A stretch of 32,000 bases of DNA from Zygophlyctis sp. KS116 (taxonomy: Eukaryota > Fungi > Chytridiomycota): contig BAAFSQ010000027.1 in NCBI GenBank assembly GCA_054661495.1, positions 1 to 32,000 of the forward strand, read 5' to 3'. Below, in pieces: positions 21,501-32,000 of the stretch (position 1 is the stretch's first letter; each line of letters starts with the position of its first letter). The notes beneath the pieces are model-generated. The model worked only from the letters and a program-made list of their open reading frames with translations, did not search any database and was not told where the DNA came from. The position numbers were made by a program, and so were the translations under genes.

Positions 21501-24500
21501 TTGATAATGCCGAATCTGGGGATAAAACTAAAGGATATATGAAAATCGCTCTAAATTGGTAATTTTTACTATTATTCATGTTTATTAGTCTTTCGATATA
21601 CCCGAAACCTACTGCTGCTATTATTAAAGAGCGTGATTTGATCGACGCTGTCCATTTGATCACCTGCTCTCATTATAGCCTTGATCTTCTTCCAATTCAA
21701 TTCAGATTAGAGCCTGATCGATTATCTATAATCAAGCGGTTAGTTGATGAAAATCCCAAAATTATTGAGGATCTAGGATATGTGTACGGATTGGCAGAAA
21801 AGTTACTTGGTTTTAGCTTATGCGCAAATGAAAAGGTAAAAATTTTGGCTTTAGTGTCTGCAGCTGCGATACCCATAAATCCAAATCTTGCTTTTGAAAT
21901 ATGCCAAAAAGGATCAGAATTGGTATTAAAGTTACAAAATTCAGATGAAGGAGTGATTCATGAGCTTCTGTCTACATTTTTTCTATTTTTAAATGAAGAG
22001 GCGATTCGAAATCATGAGCAAAAACGGCAGCTGGTGGTGCAAGCTCTTCTATGGTGCCCTTCTAAAGATATTCCTAATTTAGTCGATATATATCAGCAGT
22101 TGGAACTTCAAAATCTCTGCACTAAAATGCAGGGCAAAAATGATAGACAATCAATAGAGGAGCGCCTCAACTTCACTGGTTCTTTGTGTGATTCGAACCT
22201 GCCATTACCAGCATATATTTACTCAGAGCAATTGAATGATTGTTTCTTGGATTTGGATCACTGCCTATCAGATAAAGACGCATTTTACTTGCTATGGCAG
22301 GCGTTGGGACTTAATGGTGGAATCGAGCGTGTAGACGATATATTATGGGATGAGACCATAATTGAATTAGCAAAATTTCTTAATTTTAGAAATCCTGTAA
22401 CCTCGATATGTCTTTTGTTCAGTTTAAAAAATGTGACTATTACAATTTCTAACATTTAGTCGAAAAATTCAAAATTATTTTTTGATCAGATATCTCCATC
22501 TGCTGTCAATGAAAAGCTAGCTGCATATTTCTTTTCCCTGATTTTGAGGCTAAGCTCAAGCAAACACAAGTCTCAGGATACGCGATTGTATCAAATACCA
22601 TTTCATCAAATTACCAATGGTAGATTTCTTGAAAACGATATCGGTCGTGATTCTTTAGAGCGTAAAGTGAAGGATATGTCGCATATTCAAAATCAGGACA
22701 AAGAAATTAAGGCTAAAGTTTCCCCTCTGAATTTGGACTTTGATCCATTGTCTGTAAACCTGGATTTTGATAGAAAGTCAATGAATGGTATGCAGAAGCG
22801 TGAGATATCTCCAATAAATGAGGACGATCTGGACGGCTGGAGCGATGATAATTTGGATTTAGATGAAACTGCTTCTCGTGAAAGTTTGCACATTGATTCA
22901 GCCTCATCTTTGAAGATCATGGCTGAACAGTATTCGATAGATATTCGAGAGAAAAGGCGAGACAATGAAATTAAAAACTTTGTATCGAAAAGAAAATTTG
23001 ACCCCTTTAAATTCGAAAATGATGAAAGTTATCGTTGCGATTCTTTTGTCGAATGTAGTAAAACTATTGATGCGATGCTATGGAGTGAACTCATTTTTAT
23101 ATGCTCTTATTTTCAATATGATGTAGCACAGGTATTTTACAGATTTAATTAACTATAGCTTTTGAAAGCAAATATAGACTTTTGTTTGCAAGGAGATCCA
23201 GCTATTGAGCTTATGCATATATATCATTTTTATGAAACGACCAACATTTTTGAAACTTACCCAGATGAGCTCGTGGGATATATTATTTCTCATCATATAT
23301 TGGTATATAAGCATTTGCATAATTTCAATTTAGGCAAAGTCGAATAATCTTCTGAAACTATATTATAAAATATTAAAAAGATGCAGAATCGCGTCTGAAA
23401 AGTTACTGGTATTTAACTGCAGCACTAAATTAATTAGGGGTCTGGAAGTCTTTTGAGTCTGGAGGATAGAACGGACTTCATAGAATCGAATGAAAAATTC
23501 TACCAATCATACTATGTTCTAAATAATATGATTTCTATAATCCATCTTTCAAATGGAAGCATTTTGTTTGACCTATTCAAACAGAATTTATTAGCTGGCA
23601 AATCATTTGATTGGATTCAAGATTTTCTTCATCAGTATTTACAGTTTTTAATATATAGGGCATTTTCATTGAAGTCAATTTTTCCAGAAGAAACTTGGAA
23701 CGTTGAAGATAGTGGAGCTATTGACGAGAAAGTTAGCAAATTCTTAACTCTCATTATAGAAGATCGCGCGTCGAAAATTGAGCCTGATAAGAGAGATGGG
23801 TATTTATGGGTTTTTAAAATAACAGGAGACAAGAGTATATGTATTTGATAAAGGATGGATTGCGATTTTTACGGCCGCAAGATCAATTTCACATTGTCAC
23901 TACTCTTATATTTTCTGCAAAAATAGCCCGATTTTCTCCGACAGAAAAGTTAAGTTTTCTAGAGACGATAGAGCTAAGTCAAGAAACTCAAAAGGGTCTG
24001 GAACAACTTTGGCGCAATATGGAATTTTCTGATGCACTTCAATCAATCCGAGATGCTGAATTAGATGTAGATCTTTCACCGAATGATATTCATTCTCTGG
24101 AAGAAGCCTTCAGCACACCGGAGGAGATAATCAAATCCTGTATGTTGATCCTGAACAATCCACCAACCATCATAACTCAGTTATTTGATGTTTTAAAACG
24201 ATTTGATCAATTCGATAATCGCTTGAATAACGTGCAAGACTTGTATTCGTATGCAATAAATAAATTGCTGAAAGTTAAGGACACAAATGGACTTGATACA
24301 ATAGAAACTATTGTAAGAACAGTTATGGAGTATGTGCCACACGAGGAAGAAGATGATGACAATGGATGGGGCTTTGAAGAGGAAGAAATGGAAAAATGGG
24401 GATTCTCTTGCATCGAAGATACCATTAGAAACATTTTGCTAGATTCAATTGGGTGCATAGATAATTTTGATTTGGAAGATATATCTCGGATAAAAAGTAT

Positions 24501-25423
24501 CTTAAATATGGTAATCACCGTCAAATACTCAACATTAGTATTTTATCCTTTCAGAAGACGAAATAGAGAGAATAAAGGGTTTAGAATCTTCATATGTAAG
24601 TAAGATGTGGGGTCTTGAGGTAATAAGTTTTTGTTAATTTAATAGGGTATTCAAGAGAATAATAGCTCGAAACAAGAGTTTATTGCTAATTTAATTAGCT
24701 CGACTGATAGTAATAAGAAGCTGACTTATTTAGCGAGCCAAATGGAAAATTGGATCAAAGAAGATTTGTCTGAAGGAAATTCAGACTTATGGTATATTGT
24801 TAAAATATATGAGAAGGCTGTCAGTATTGGCGAATTTTCATTTTTAATAGACCTGCGTCTAAAATTACACGCCGCTCAAGAAACGTTAGGCAATGGGGTA
24901 AAATATTTTTAATATTGATAAAAAGGAAGAAGAATCATTTTTAGAAAACTTGAAAACCCATTCTGAAATTGAATTTGTCAAAAATTGTCTTATTTCAGAC
25001 AACATTGAAATCGTGGAGCGGGGCGAATTATATTTAAAGCAGCTACTACCTCAACGTTTAAGCGACGTTAAAAAAGATTATATGTTTCATATGATTATAT
25101 GTTCTAGAATAAGTGACATATATATGTATTCTGGCTCACATATCTGGGGATTTCTTGAAGATACTCTATGTTGCCTCTGCAAATCCGAGATTGGTCCCCA
25201 GCATGACATTTTTGGTCGTGTAGTTTTAAATCTAGTTAAAAACAAGAATATATCATTAGCGGTTAGTTTAGCGGCAAAACTGACAAATGCAAATAAAGAA
25301 ATCACCTCAGGACTTGTTGGATGGAAATTTTTGCTGGACAGTTTCATCGGAAAATCAGAACCTTTGGATCGAAAAACAATCTATCAATTAAGTTTAATTC
25401 TTAAAAAAGCCATTACACAATAA
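18597..25423 (+). CDS. NBAS: NBAS/Sec39 (NRZ/Dsl1 tethering complex subunit), ~2182 aa, 11 exons
   Basis: Introns 19377-19402, 21559-21588, 22433-22459, 23132-23158, 23303-23333, 23409-23437, 23800-23825, 24511-24538, 24620-24645 and 24898-24925 give one frame. NBAS-like LQRRLLFQEYPKALEIALNHSLDTDLVYK and YRFQILDKIP; Sec39-like ARDFFDNAESGDKTKGYMKIALNCL and LLPIQFRLEPDRL; beta-rich N-terminus. The start codon is less certain. Confidence 0.85.
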
Positions 25424-25589
25424 AAATATGTCAAAATGCAGCGTAACATATTAGGAAATTCATTTCTTTAGCAAAAAATTCATTTCGTTTCTCATGGTTA
25501 ATTTTCAATCAACAATCATCAATCTATATATTCGACACATTTGGCGCCAGTAGAAAAACTATTCACTCTTCAACGATTATAAGATGAAT

Positions 25590-28500
25590 CTAGTATTCAC
25601 TCGTACTATCTGCAATTCTTTCTAGTCTTGGATCTACTTCAGGGGGCTGTTTTTGTATGGCCTCATATCCTTTAGCATTTACGGGTTCCTCTTCTATTGT
25701 TGGACTGGTAAAGCTTCGATGAGGAGGCTTGTAGAAGTTTCCATGATTGGTGGTGGGATCAGGAGTCATTCGACTTAATTCTGTTCTTTTATCATTTTCC
25801 GCGGTTAATCTGAAGTCATCAAAATCGATCGTCAGGCGGTCTATTCTGCCTTCTATAGGCCTTATAATGTCTCCAATAGCATCATCTAGTTCTCTTTCTG
25901 TGACTCTAGACTGTAGAGCACCTTTAATATTAACAATCTCCTTTTCGACTTTTTGTATTTCATTATGTACTCTATCTTCTATATCCGATCTTAAGTTTTT
26001 GATTTGTATATTAGCGCTGTCAATGAGTTTTGGTATTTGACTTTGTCTTTCTTTCAAATCATCCAAGGTTTTAGTGGTTGCATCTCGTTGCTGCTTCATA
26101 GATTGATAAATTTCCTTTTGAGTTCTATCCATATTGATCTGAACTTCTCTCAGTCTATCCTTAAAATTATGTTCATGTTCATCAGCTGTAAGCCGCAATT
26201 GATTGATCTCGATAGTTTCAAGTTCGAATTGTGTATTGAGCTTCTTTACAGATGACTCTAAATCCCCAATAGTTTGATTAAATATGTTTTCAGAAAGTTT
26301 TGTATCAACGACCCTCTTAATATCAACCAGAGCACGGGCAACTGTTTCTCCTTCAATTTGAGTGGTTTCAATCATCCATTGTCTCAACTCATGCTGCTGA
26401 TTTCTTAGGTCCGATATCTTTTCCGGAATTTCATCAATTCTTTTTGTCATTTCTGAATAATTTTCAGTTTCAAGCTCTTTCAGACGTTCAAATACTGCAG
26501 ATTGGCTCTCATAACTTTTCTTCTGTGAGATGATAATATCCTCCATTTTCTGAGTCATTTTATTTTCAGTATCTGATATTGATGATTTTAATTCATCAAC
26601 AGAAGCATTTAAATTATTTTGTTTTTCTTTGACTTCTGAAAGAGATAAAGTAACAGTTTTTGTCAAATCTTGTATTTTTTGAGTATTAATGGAAATGATT
26701 GATTCTCTATTCTCTGCAATAGAATCTAAAGCCTGTATAATTCTCTGCTCATTATGATCAATGTCTTTAGTGAGCGCTTTAGACAATTTCTCCAAGTCTC
26801 CATTATTTGCTTTAACAGATATGGATTCCTTCACTGATACTATATTGCTATATATATCGGTAAATCTATCCTCAATAAGATGAATCTGATTTTTGATGCG
26901 ATCTTCTGCTTCTAATAAATTGGATTTAGTGATCCGATCTGAAATTTCATTTTTAAATGCAGCCATATTGTTATTAAATTCTGAATTCTGAATTTTAAGA
27001 TCCTGGATCATTTCCTTTAGCTTTTTTTCTGCCTCATACAGTTCTGACTTGAGACTCCTTTCGGAAAGCTGCGAAGAATTAGTAATCACTGTTCCATCTA
27101 AAAGTAACAACCGTGCCTGCACTGAAGAAACTAAACTTTTCAAGCGGATTTCGACTTCATCTAACTCGTTTCTACTAACTCTATCCTTCACACCCTGAAT
27201 TGCATCATTCACCTGACTTGACATTTCCTCTAATCGCTTTTGACTGTTAACTAATAATCTCTCCAGGTCGGCCTGTGTTTCCTTGGCCTCTACAACAGTT
27301 ACACGTGCTGAAAGCTCCGATTTGAATGCCTCCATAGTTTGATCAAGCTGGGTGGATTTGAGATTTAGCTTATCATCTATTTCATTTTTAATATTTGAAC
27401 AAAGTAATTCAACGCCGAGAACTTTTTTGAGGGTATCTTCATCACCATTCTGTAAAAGGGAAATCGCTTTTGATAATTTTGCTTCACTAGCTTCGATAGT
27501 ATCTGCTTGTTCAGCTTTAATCGATTCTATTGATGATAATGCCAATTGAATCTTTGCTTGAAGATCAATTTCTGTTTGCTTTGAGCGATTGCTTAATTGC
27601 GATATTCTGCTATCTAAGTCATCTAGGTTTCTAGATTTTGACGCAGAAAGAGATTCTGCAACATCTTGAATTTCGCGCCGAACTTTATCATTCTCTGAAT
27701 TTAAATCTTGAATGGCCTCTTCTATTCTAGAAAGAATTTTTTCTTCAATAACATCGATTTTTGCACTTAATTCATTAGAAAAGATAATATGGCGCTGTTC
27801 TAAATCCATCCGTGCCTTTATTTCTGCACGGAGAACCTCCTCTGCATTTAGTAATTTCTTTTCTAATCCTCTTTCAGCCAAAATAAGAGACTCTTGCAGT
27901 GCCTTGATTGCATTACCCATTTGAATTTTAGAATCTACTATATGCTGCTGATTTTCCTCACTTTTTTTGATAACTGCTTGCCTAATCATTTTGAAGCCTT
28001 CATCATACTCGGATCGTATTTCAGTTTCAAATTTCTTTCTAGATATCTTCTCGTCTTCTATATTAGCTTCCAAGTTAATATACTGCTGGACAGACTTTTC
28101 CAGAAATTGAACTTGATTTTCTTTGACAACCTTTTCAATAACACGAAGCTGTTCATTCAAGTTCAAAGAGATTCTCTCCTTGTCAGCTCGATCACGATCT
28201 GCCTGATGAAAAATGGTTGCCTTTAGAGACTCTATTCGGTCATTGTTATCCTTTTCTTGACATTGAATAGTTTTTCTTATGTCTTGGTGTAATTCTCTCA
28301 TATTATTTTCAAACTGAATTCTGTTTCTAGAATCACCTTCTAATTTGTGCCTTATTTCAGAAGATGCTTGTTCAATATTTTTCTGCAATTGCTCTATGCT
28401 AGAATTGACGTTTCCTTGTAGATTTTCAAACATGTGTTGATGCTCTGCGAGTTTTCTAAATGTATCCGATCCTCTTTGGAGCTCATGCTCTAGATCTCTT

Positions 28501-29350
28501 GATCTGGCATTTACTTCATGACCAAATTCGTTTGTTTTTAAGCTGTAAGCTTCTAGTTTATATCTCATATGATTCATCTCTTCCAAGATCATTCTTTGCT
28601 TGTCATCTGTATCTTGGCTAGTTGTTTCAGACTGACGCTGCTTTGCTAGTAATTCAGAAAACATTTGGTGAAGCTTCAGTATTTGCTTTTCACTTTTCAA
28701 AAGCACGGCCTGATCAGATTCTTTTGCTTGCTTATCAGCTTCATTCAGCCGCCTTGAAAGATCTCTAATGATCGAATTGTCTGATTCAACAGTTGCAGTC
28801 AGACTATCGACTTTGGCAGATAATGCCGCCATATGCATTTTTCCAGCTTGCAATTCAGATTCAATCCATCCTCTTGCCCTTTTTTCTTGGGATAGCTGCT
28901 CTTGGGTTTGTAGAAGCTTGGTAAGAGTATCGTCATTCTTCAATGCGGGTGTCATCTCTCGATATACCGATTCATCGAATCTTGAGTCAAAAGTTTTTGG
29001 AATTCCTGAATTGAATGTATTCGAACTCTTTGGGCTAGAGTTAACTATGTCTCCATTATACTTGAAAGGCATGATAATATCCGGGACTTTTTGGACGAAT
29101 TGCTGCTGATTCTGGTTAGTAATGGGTGAATTGGACATCTAAAGATTACAACTATTCAAATACAGTAGGCGCTGTGATTTTAAATTGATTATATTCTTCC
29201 AATTTTTCCCTTTGCTTTCTACTATAAGACCCATCTAAAATACCTCTGCTTTGTATCTTCTTTTTGTTGTTTTAAATAGTCTTTAAGTGCTTTTTCACTA
29301 TCTCTTTTTGTCTTTTCCCTCTGATCAACTACATCCCACTGAAAGGACAT
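25590..29350 (-). CDS. Long coiled-coil protein, ~1236 aa, 3 exons, with a 41-aa periodic region
   Basis: Introns 29219-29243 and 29139-29163 extend the 1182-aa ORF upstream to ATG 29350 (MSFQWDVVDQREK...). Heptad-rich. The 3' end is assumed to be the ORF stop. Confidence 0.8.
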
Positions 29351-29354
29351 TCTG

Positions 29355-30249
29355 TCAACGAATGACGTCGTTCGGATTTTTAAAGGGCAGTTTGATCCCA
29401 TCGCAAGTAAATTCCTGCCTCCAACAAAATTCAGCCATAAAATCCTTTTTAGAATCACATGAATTTTGGCAAGAGTATATAATCAGTGTTCCAAAATCCA
29501 ATGCGTCCTTGTCAGAATGATCAATATCTAAAAAGTTCAAAATCTGCGATGTAATTTGAAATTCTAGAGTCCTATTTCCACCACAATAAGGACAAAGTGG
29601 AGGATCTGTACATTTCCCTTTATCTGATACCCAAAGAGGTTCAACATCTTGTCCTGAATAATCTATTCTATAGTATCTTAAAACCTGATCAGGCTCTAAT
29701 GCAATCTCTGATTGATATTTTAAAAATGCATCATCTACTTCAACAGTAGTCTCCTTTTCATTCGCAAGCATGTCATCTTCTTCTGTCTCTATAACAGAAT
29801 CTATTTTTTGATTAGACTCGAGACAATAATTTTCCATTGAAGTTTGTAATTCAGTCTCTTCAAAATCTTCTGAAACAATTTCCCATTCAGACCAAACTTT
29901 TCCTTGACAAATTTTAGTTGATAGAATAGTTTGATCAGGAGAATTATTAGCAGGCATTTGACTTCTAAACACTGCGATTCTAACTTTAAAACTTTAAAAC
30001 TTACTCATGATTTTTTGGACAAGCAAAAACATGAATCATTCTATCAATCTCTTGTTTTCCCATTAATCCTTCTTCCAATTGAATTTCTGTTTCTTCTGGT
30101 GTAAATAATTGCATCAAAAACATCATTTCTGTCTCACAAACTACACAATACATGCGAGATAAATTCTTTCCAAGATAAGAGGGATGACCTCCAACTTTAT
30201 TTTTAAGATTACAATCTGTAGTCTTTTCCAGGAATCCGATTTGAATCAT
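29355..30249 (-). CDS. TSR4: PDCD2L/Tsr4 (uS5/Rps2 chaperone, PDCD2_C domain), ~289 aa, 2 exons
   Basis: Intron 29980-30004. N-terminal KVGGHP..CVVC..FLMQLFTP..DRMIHVFAC; C-terminal PDQVLRY, PLW, CPYCGGNRTLEFQI and LDFGTLIIYSCQNSC. Confidence 0.88.
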
Positions 30250-30494
30250 TACTGATAAGACACAAAAAAATTTTACTAAAAAATTTGTTTGAAAGAACCG
30301 CAGCCTAACCGTCCAAGCATTACATGATTCTATGTTCACAGAGTTAATTGACAATGAGAAACTCTGAATTTAAGAACAATATCAAGAATATTATCTTGTA
30401 GTCTATTGTTTAAATGGAAAAAGTTGAGTATGTGGCAAAGTGATCACGGCAGCGGTGAAAGTTTTCAAGTCGCAAAGGGTTCCCATTGTTAATT

Positions 30495-31485
30495 ATGGAA
30501 TGGCTGGAGCAAATATCCAAATGCCAGTTCCTACCAGAGCCGGATGTTAAGAGATTATGCGATAAAGTTAAAGAACTGTTGATAGAAGAGTCGAATGTAC
30601 AGCCAGTGTCTTCACCAGTGACAGTCTGCGGTGACATTCACGGACAGTTTTATGATCTCATGGAACTATTCAGAGTCGGCGGCAATATAAAGGATACAAA
30701 CTATATATTCATGGGGGATTTTGTTGATAGGTATGTTTTTTAATCCGGTTGTTGGATTTATGTTTGACTGGTTGATGATTTAGAGGATATTATTCGCTAG
30801 AAACATGGACATATCTGATGGTATTGAAAGTCTGCTATCCTCATAAAATAACTCTTTTAAGGGGAAATCATGAATCACGGCAAATAACTCAGGTTTATGG
30901 GTTTTATGATGAATGTATACAAAAATATGGAAATGCTACAGTTTGGAAATATTGTTGTTCAGTATTTGATTATTTGACATTGGCTGCTGTAGGTTAATTG
31001 AAATGATTTTTTAGATTGTTGATGGTCAGATTTTATGTGTTCATGGTGGGCTTTCACCAGATATACGCTCATTAGATCAAATAAGAACTATACAAAGATG
31101 TCAAGAAATACCTCATGAAGGTCCTTTTTGTGATCTAGTTTGGTCTGACCCTGAAGAGATTGAAAATTGGTCAGTGTCTCCGAGGGGGGCAGGATGGCTT
31201 TTTGGGTCAGCTGTAACTACAGAATTTCTTCAAGTAAACAAACTTTCTCTCATTGCACGTGCACATCAATTAGTACAAGAAGGATATAAATTCATGTTTC
31301 CCGATAATAATTTAGTAACAGTTTGGTCTGCTCCAAATTATTGTTATAGATGCGGAAATGTCGCATCTATAATGAAAATCGATGAATCTTGTTCTATAAA
31401 GAACAACTCTTTCAAGATATTTGATGCTGTTTCTGATGCTTCAAGAAGTATCCCAAACAAAGTACCGACTCCTTATTTTTTATAA
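30495..31485 (+). CDS. SIT4: Ser/Thr protein phosphatase 6 catalytic subunit (Sit4/Ppe1/PPP6C), ~303 aa, 3 exons
   Basis: Introns 30731-30783 and 30989-31014. Motifs [79 protein letters not shown] and [12 protein letters not shown]; ends TPYFL*. Confidence 0.93.
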
Positions 31486-31505
31486 TAATCATGTTTTGTG
31501 AAACG

Positions 31506-32000
31506 TCAATAAATGGCTTCCAAATATACATAATCAGCCCACATTTCTCTAAAAATTGAGACATAACGATTGAGATCCTCATTCCCTTCAACCAAGATTC
31601 CATTATCTTCAAGAAATCTGTATACTGTAAAGAATAGGCTTTTTGAACCAGATTTATACGCCAATTCCAAATATTTTGAAGGATTGATTAAATCTGGTTC
31701 ATTTATAAATTTAATGTATTGCAGAGCTTCCAATATCTACATTTTAGTCAAAATCTTACACGATTACCTTATTATTGGCGACTAATGCGTGTAAAACTTG
31801 CGAATTCTCCCCAAGCCTCTTTAATATATCAATCCCAGTTTGAAAATATAAAGTTTCAGGATCATTCAAGTGTTGTATCATATATTGCGCTAGAGTAGCC
31901 GAGTCAACAAGAATTCCATGTTTAAGCAGATCATTAAGTTCCGGGAGCCTATTGTCTTGAATATATAATTTTCCCAAAAGTTCAGAATAAAAAGGGCCCG
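31506..32000 (-). CDS. RMC1: RMC1/Mic1-like (regulator of MON1-CCZ1) C-terminal part; gene starts beyond window
   Basis: Intron 31737-31767. The segment LLKHGILVDSATLA..QTGIDILKRL..LVANNKILEALQY..KYLELA..LFFTVYRFLE resembles the Mic1 domain C-terminus. Confidence 0.75.

Noticed and set aside
15950-29109. Numerous short antisense ORFs in the track (e.g. 15950-16210, 22693-22965, 25747-26040, 27352-28226, 28768-29109)
   Set aside because: They are Ser/Phe/Ile-rich shadows of E/K-rich coding sequence on the opposite strand, with no independent support.
30731-30783. Nested or twin intron explanation for the 53-nt SIT4 intron
   Set aside because: It has no internal AG acceptor to support two-step splicing.
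68-31977. Fragmented ORFs interpreted as pseudogenes, frameshifts or an alternative genetic code
   Set aside because: Every break is resolved by a GT-AG intron restoring frame and conserved motifs; TAA, TAG and TGA are all used as true stops.

Overview
This is eukaryotic DNA: an AT-rich, extremely compact region using the standard genetic code. The gene set (EBP, full-length NBAS, RMC1, plant-type LRR, fungal-type VanZ-like protein) suggests an early-diverging, probably chytrid-like fungus; this is inference. The supplied ORF track is fragmented because genes are split by tiny GT-AG introns. I reconstructed 42 introns by hand, 41 of them 23-31 nt, and every complete spliced model gives an open reading frame. 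There are 15 genes: proline iminopeptidase, LRR protein, squalene synthase, VanZ-like membrane protein, GPN1, an intronless secreted two-domain Cys-rich protein, EBP, CAP/Srv2, Elongin A (absent from the ORF track), a ~2960-aa coiled-coil protein, NBAS/Sec39, a ~1236-aa coiled-coil protein, TSR4/PDCD2L, SIT4/PP6 and the 3' part of RMC1. Highlights: (i) a secreted protein with two 6-Cys domains separated by a Kex2-type KR site; (ii) co-directional genes only 4, 7 and 22 nt apart; (iii) apparently ruler-based splicing of tiny introns; (iv) a 41-residue (5 heptads + hexad) repeat typical of alpha/beta coiled coils; (v) an exact 127-bp tandem duplication that may be a k=127 assembly artefact. I found no rRNA, tRNA, CRISPR array or mobile element.
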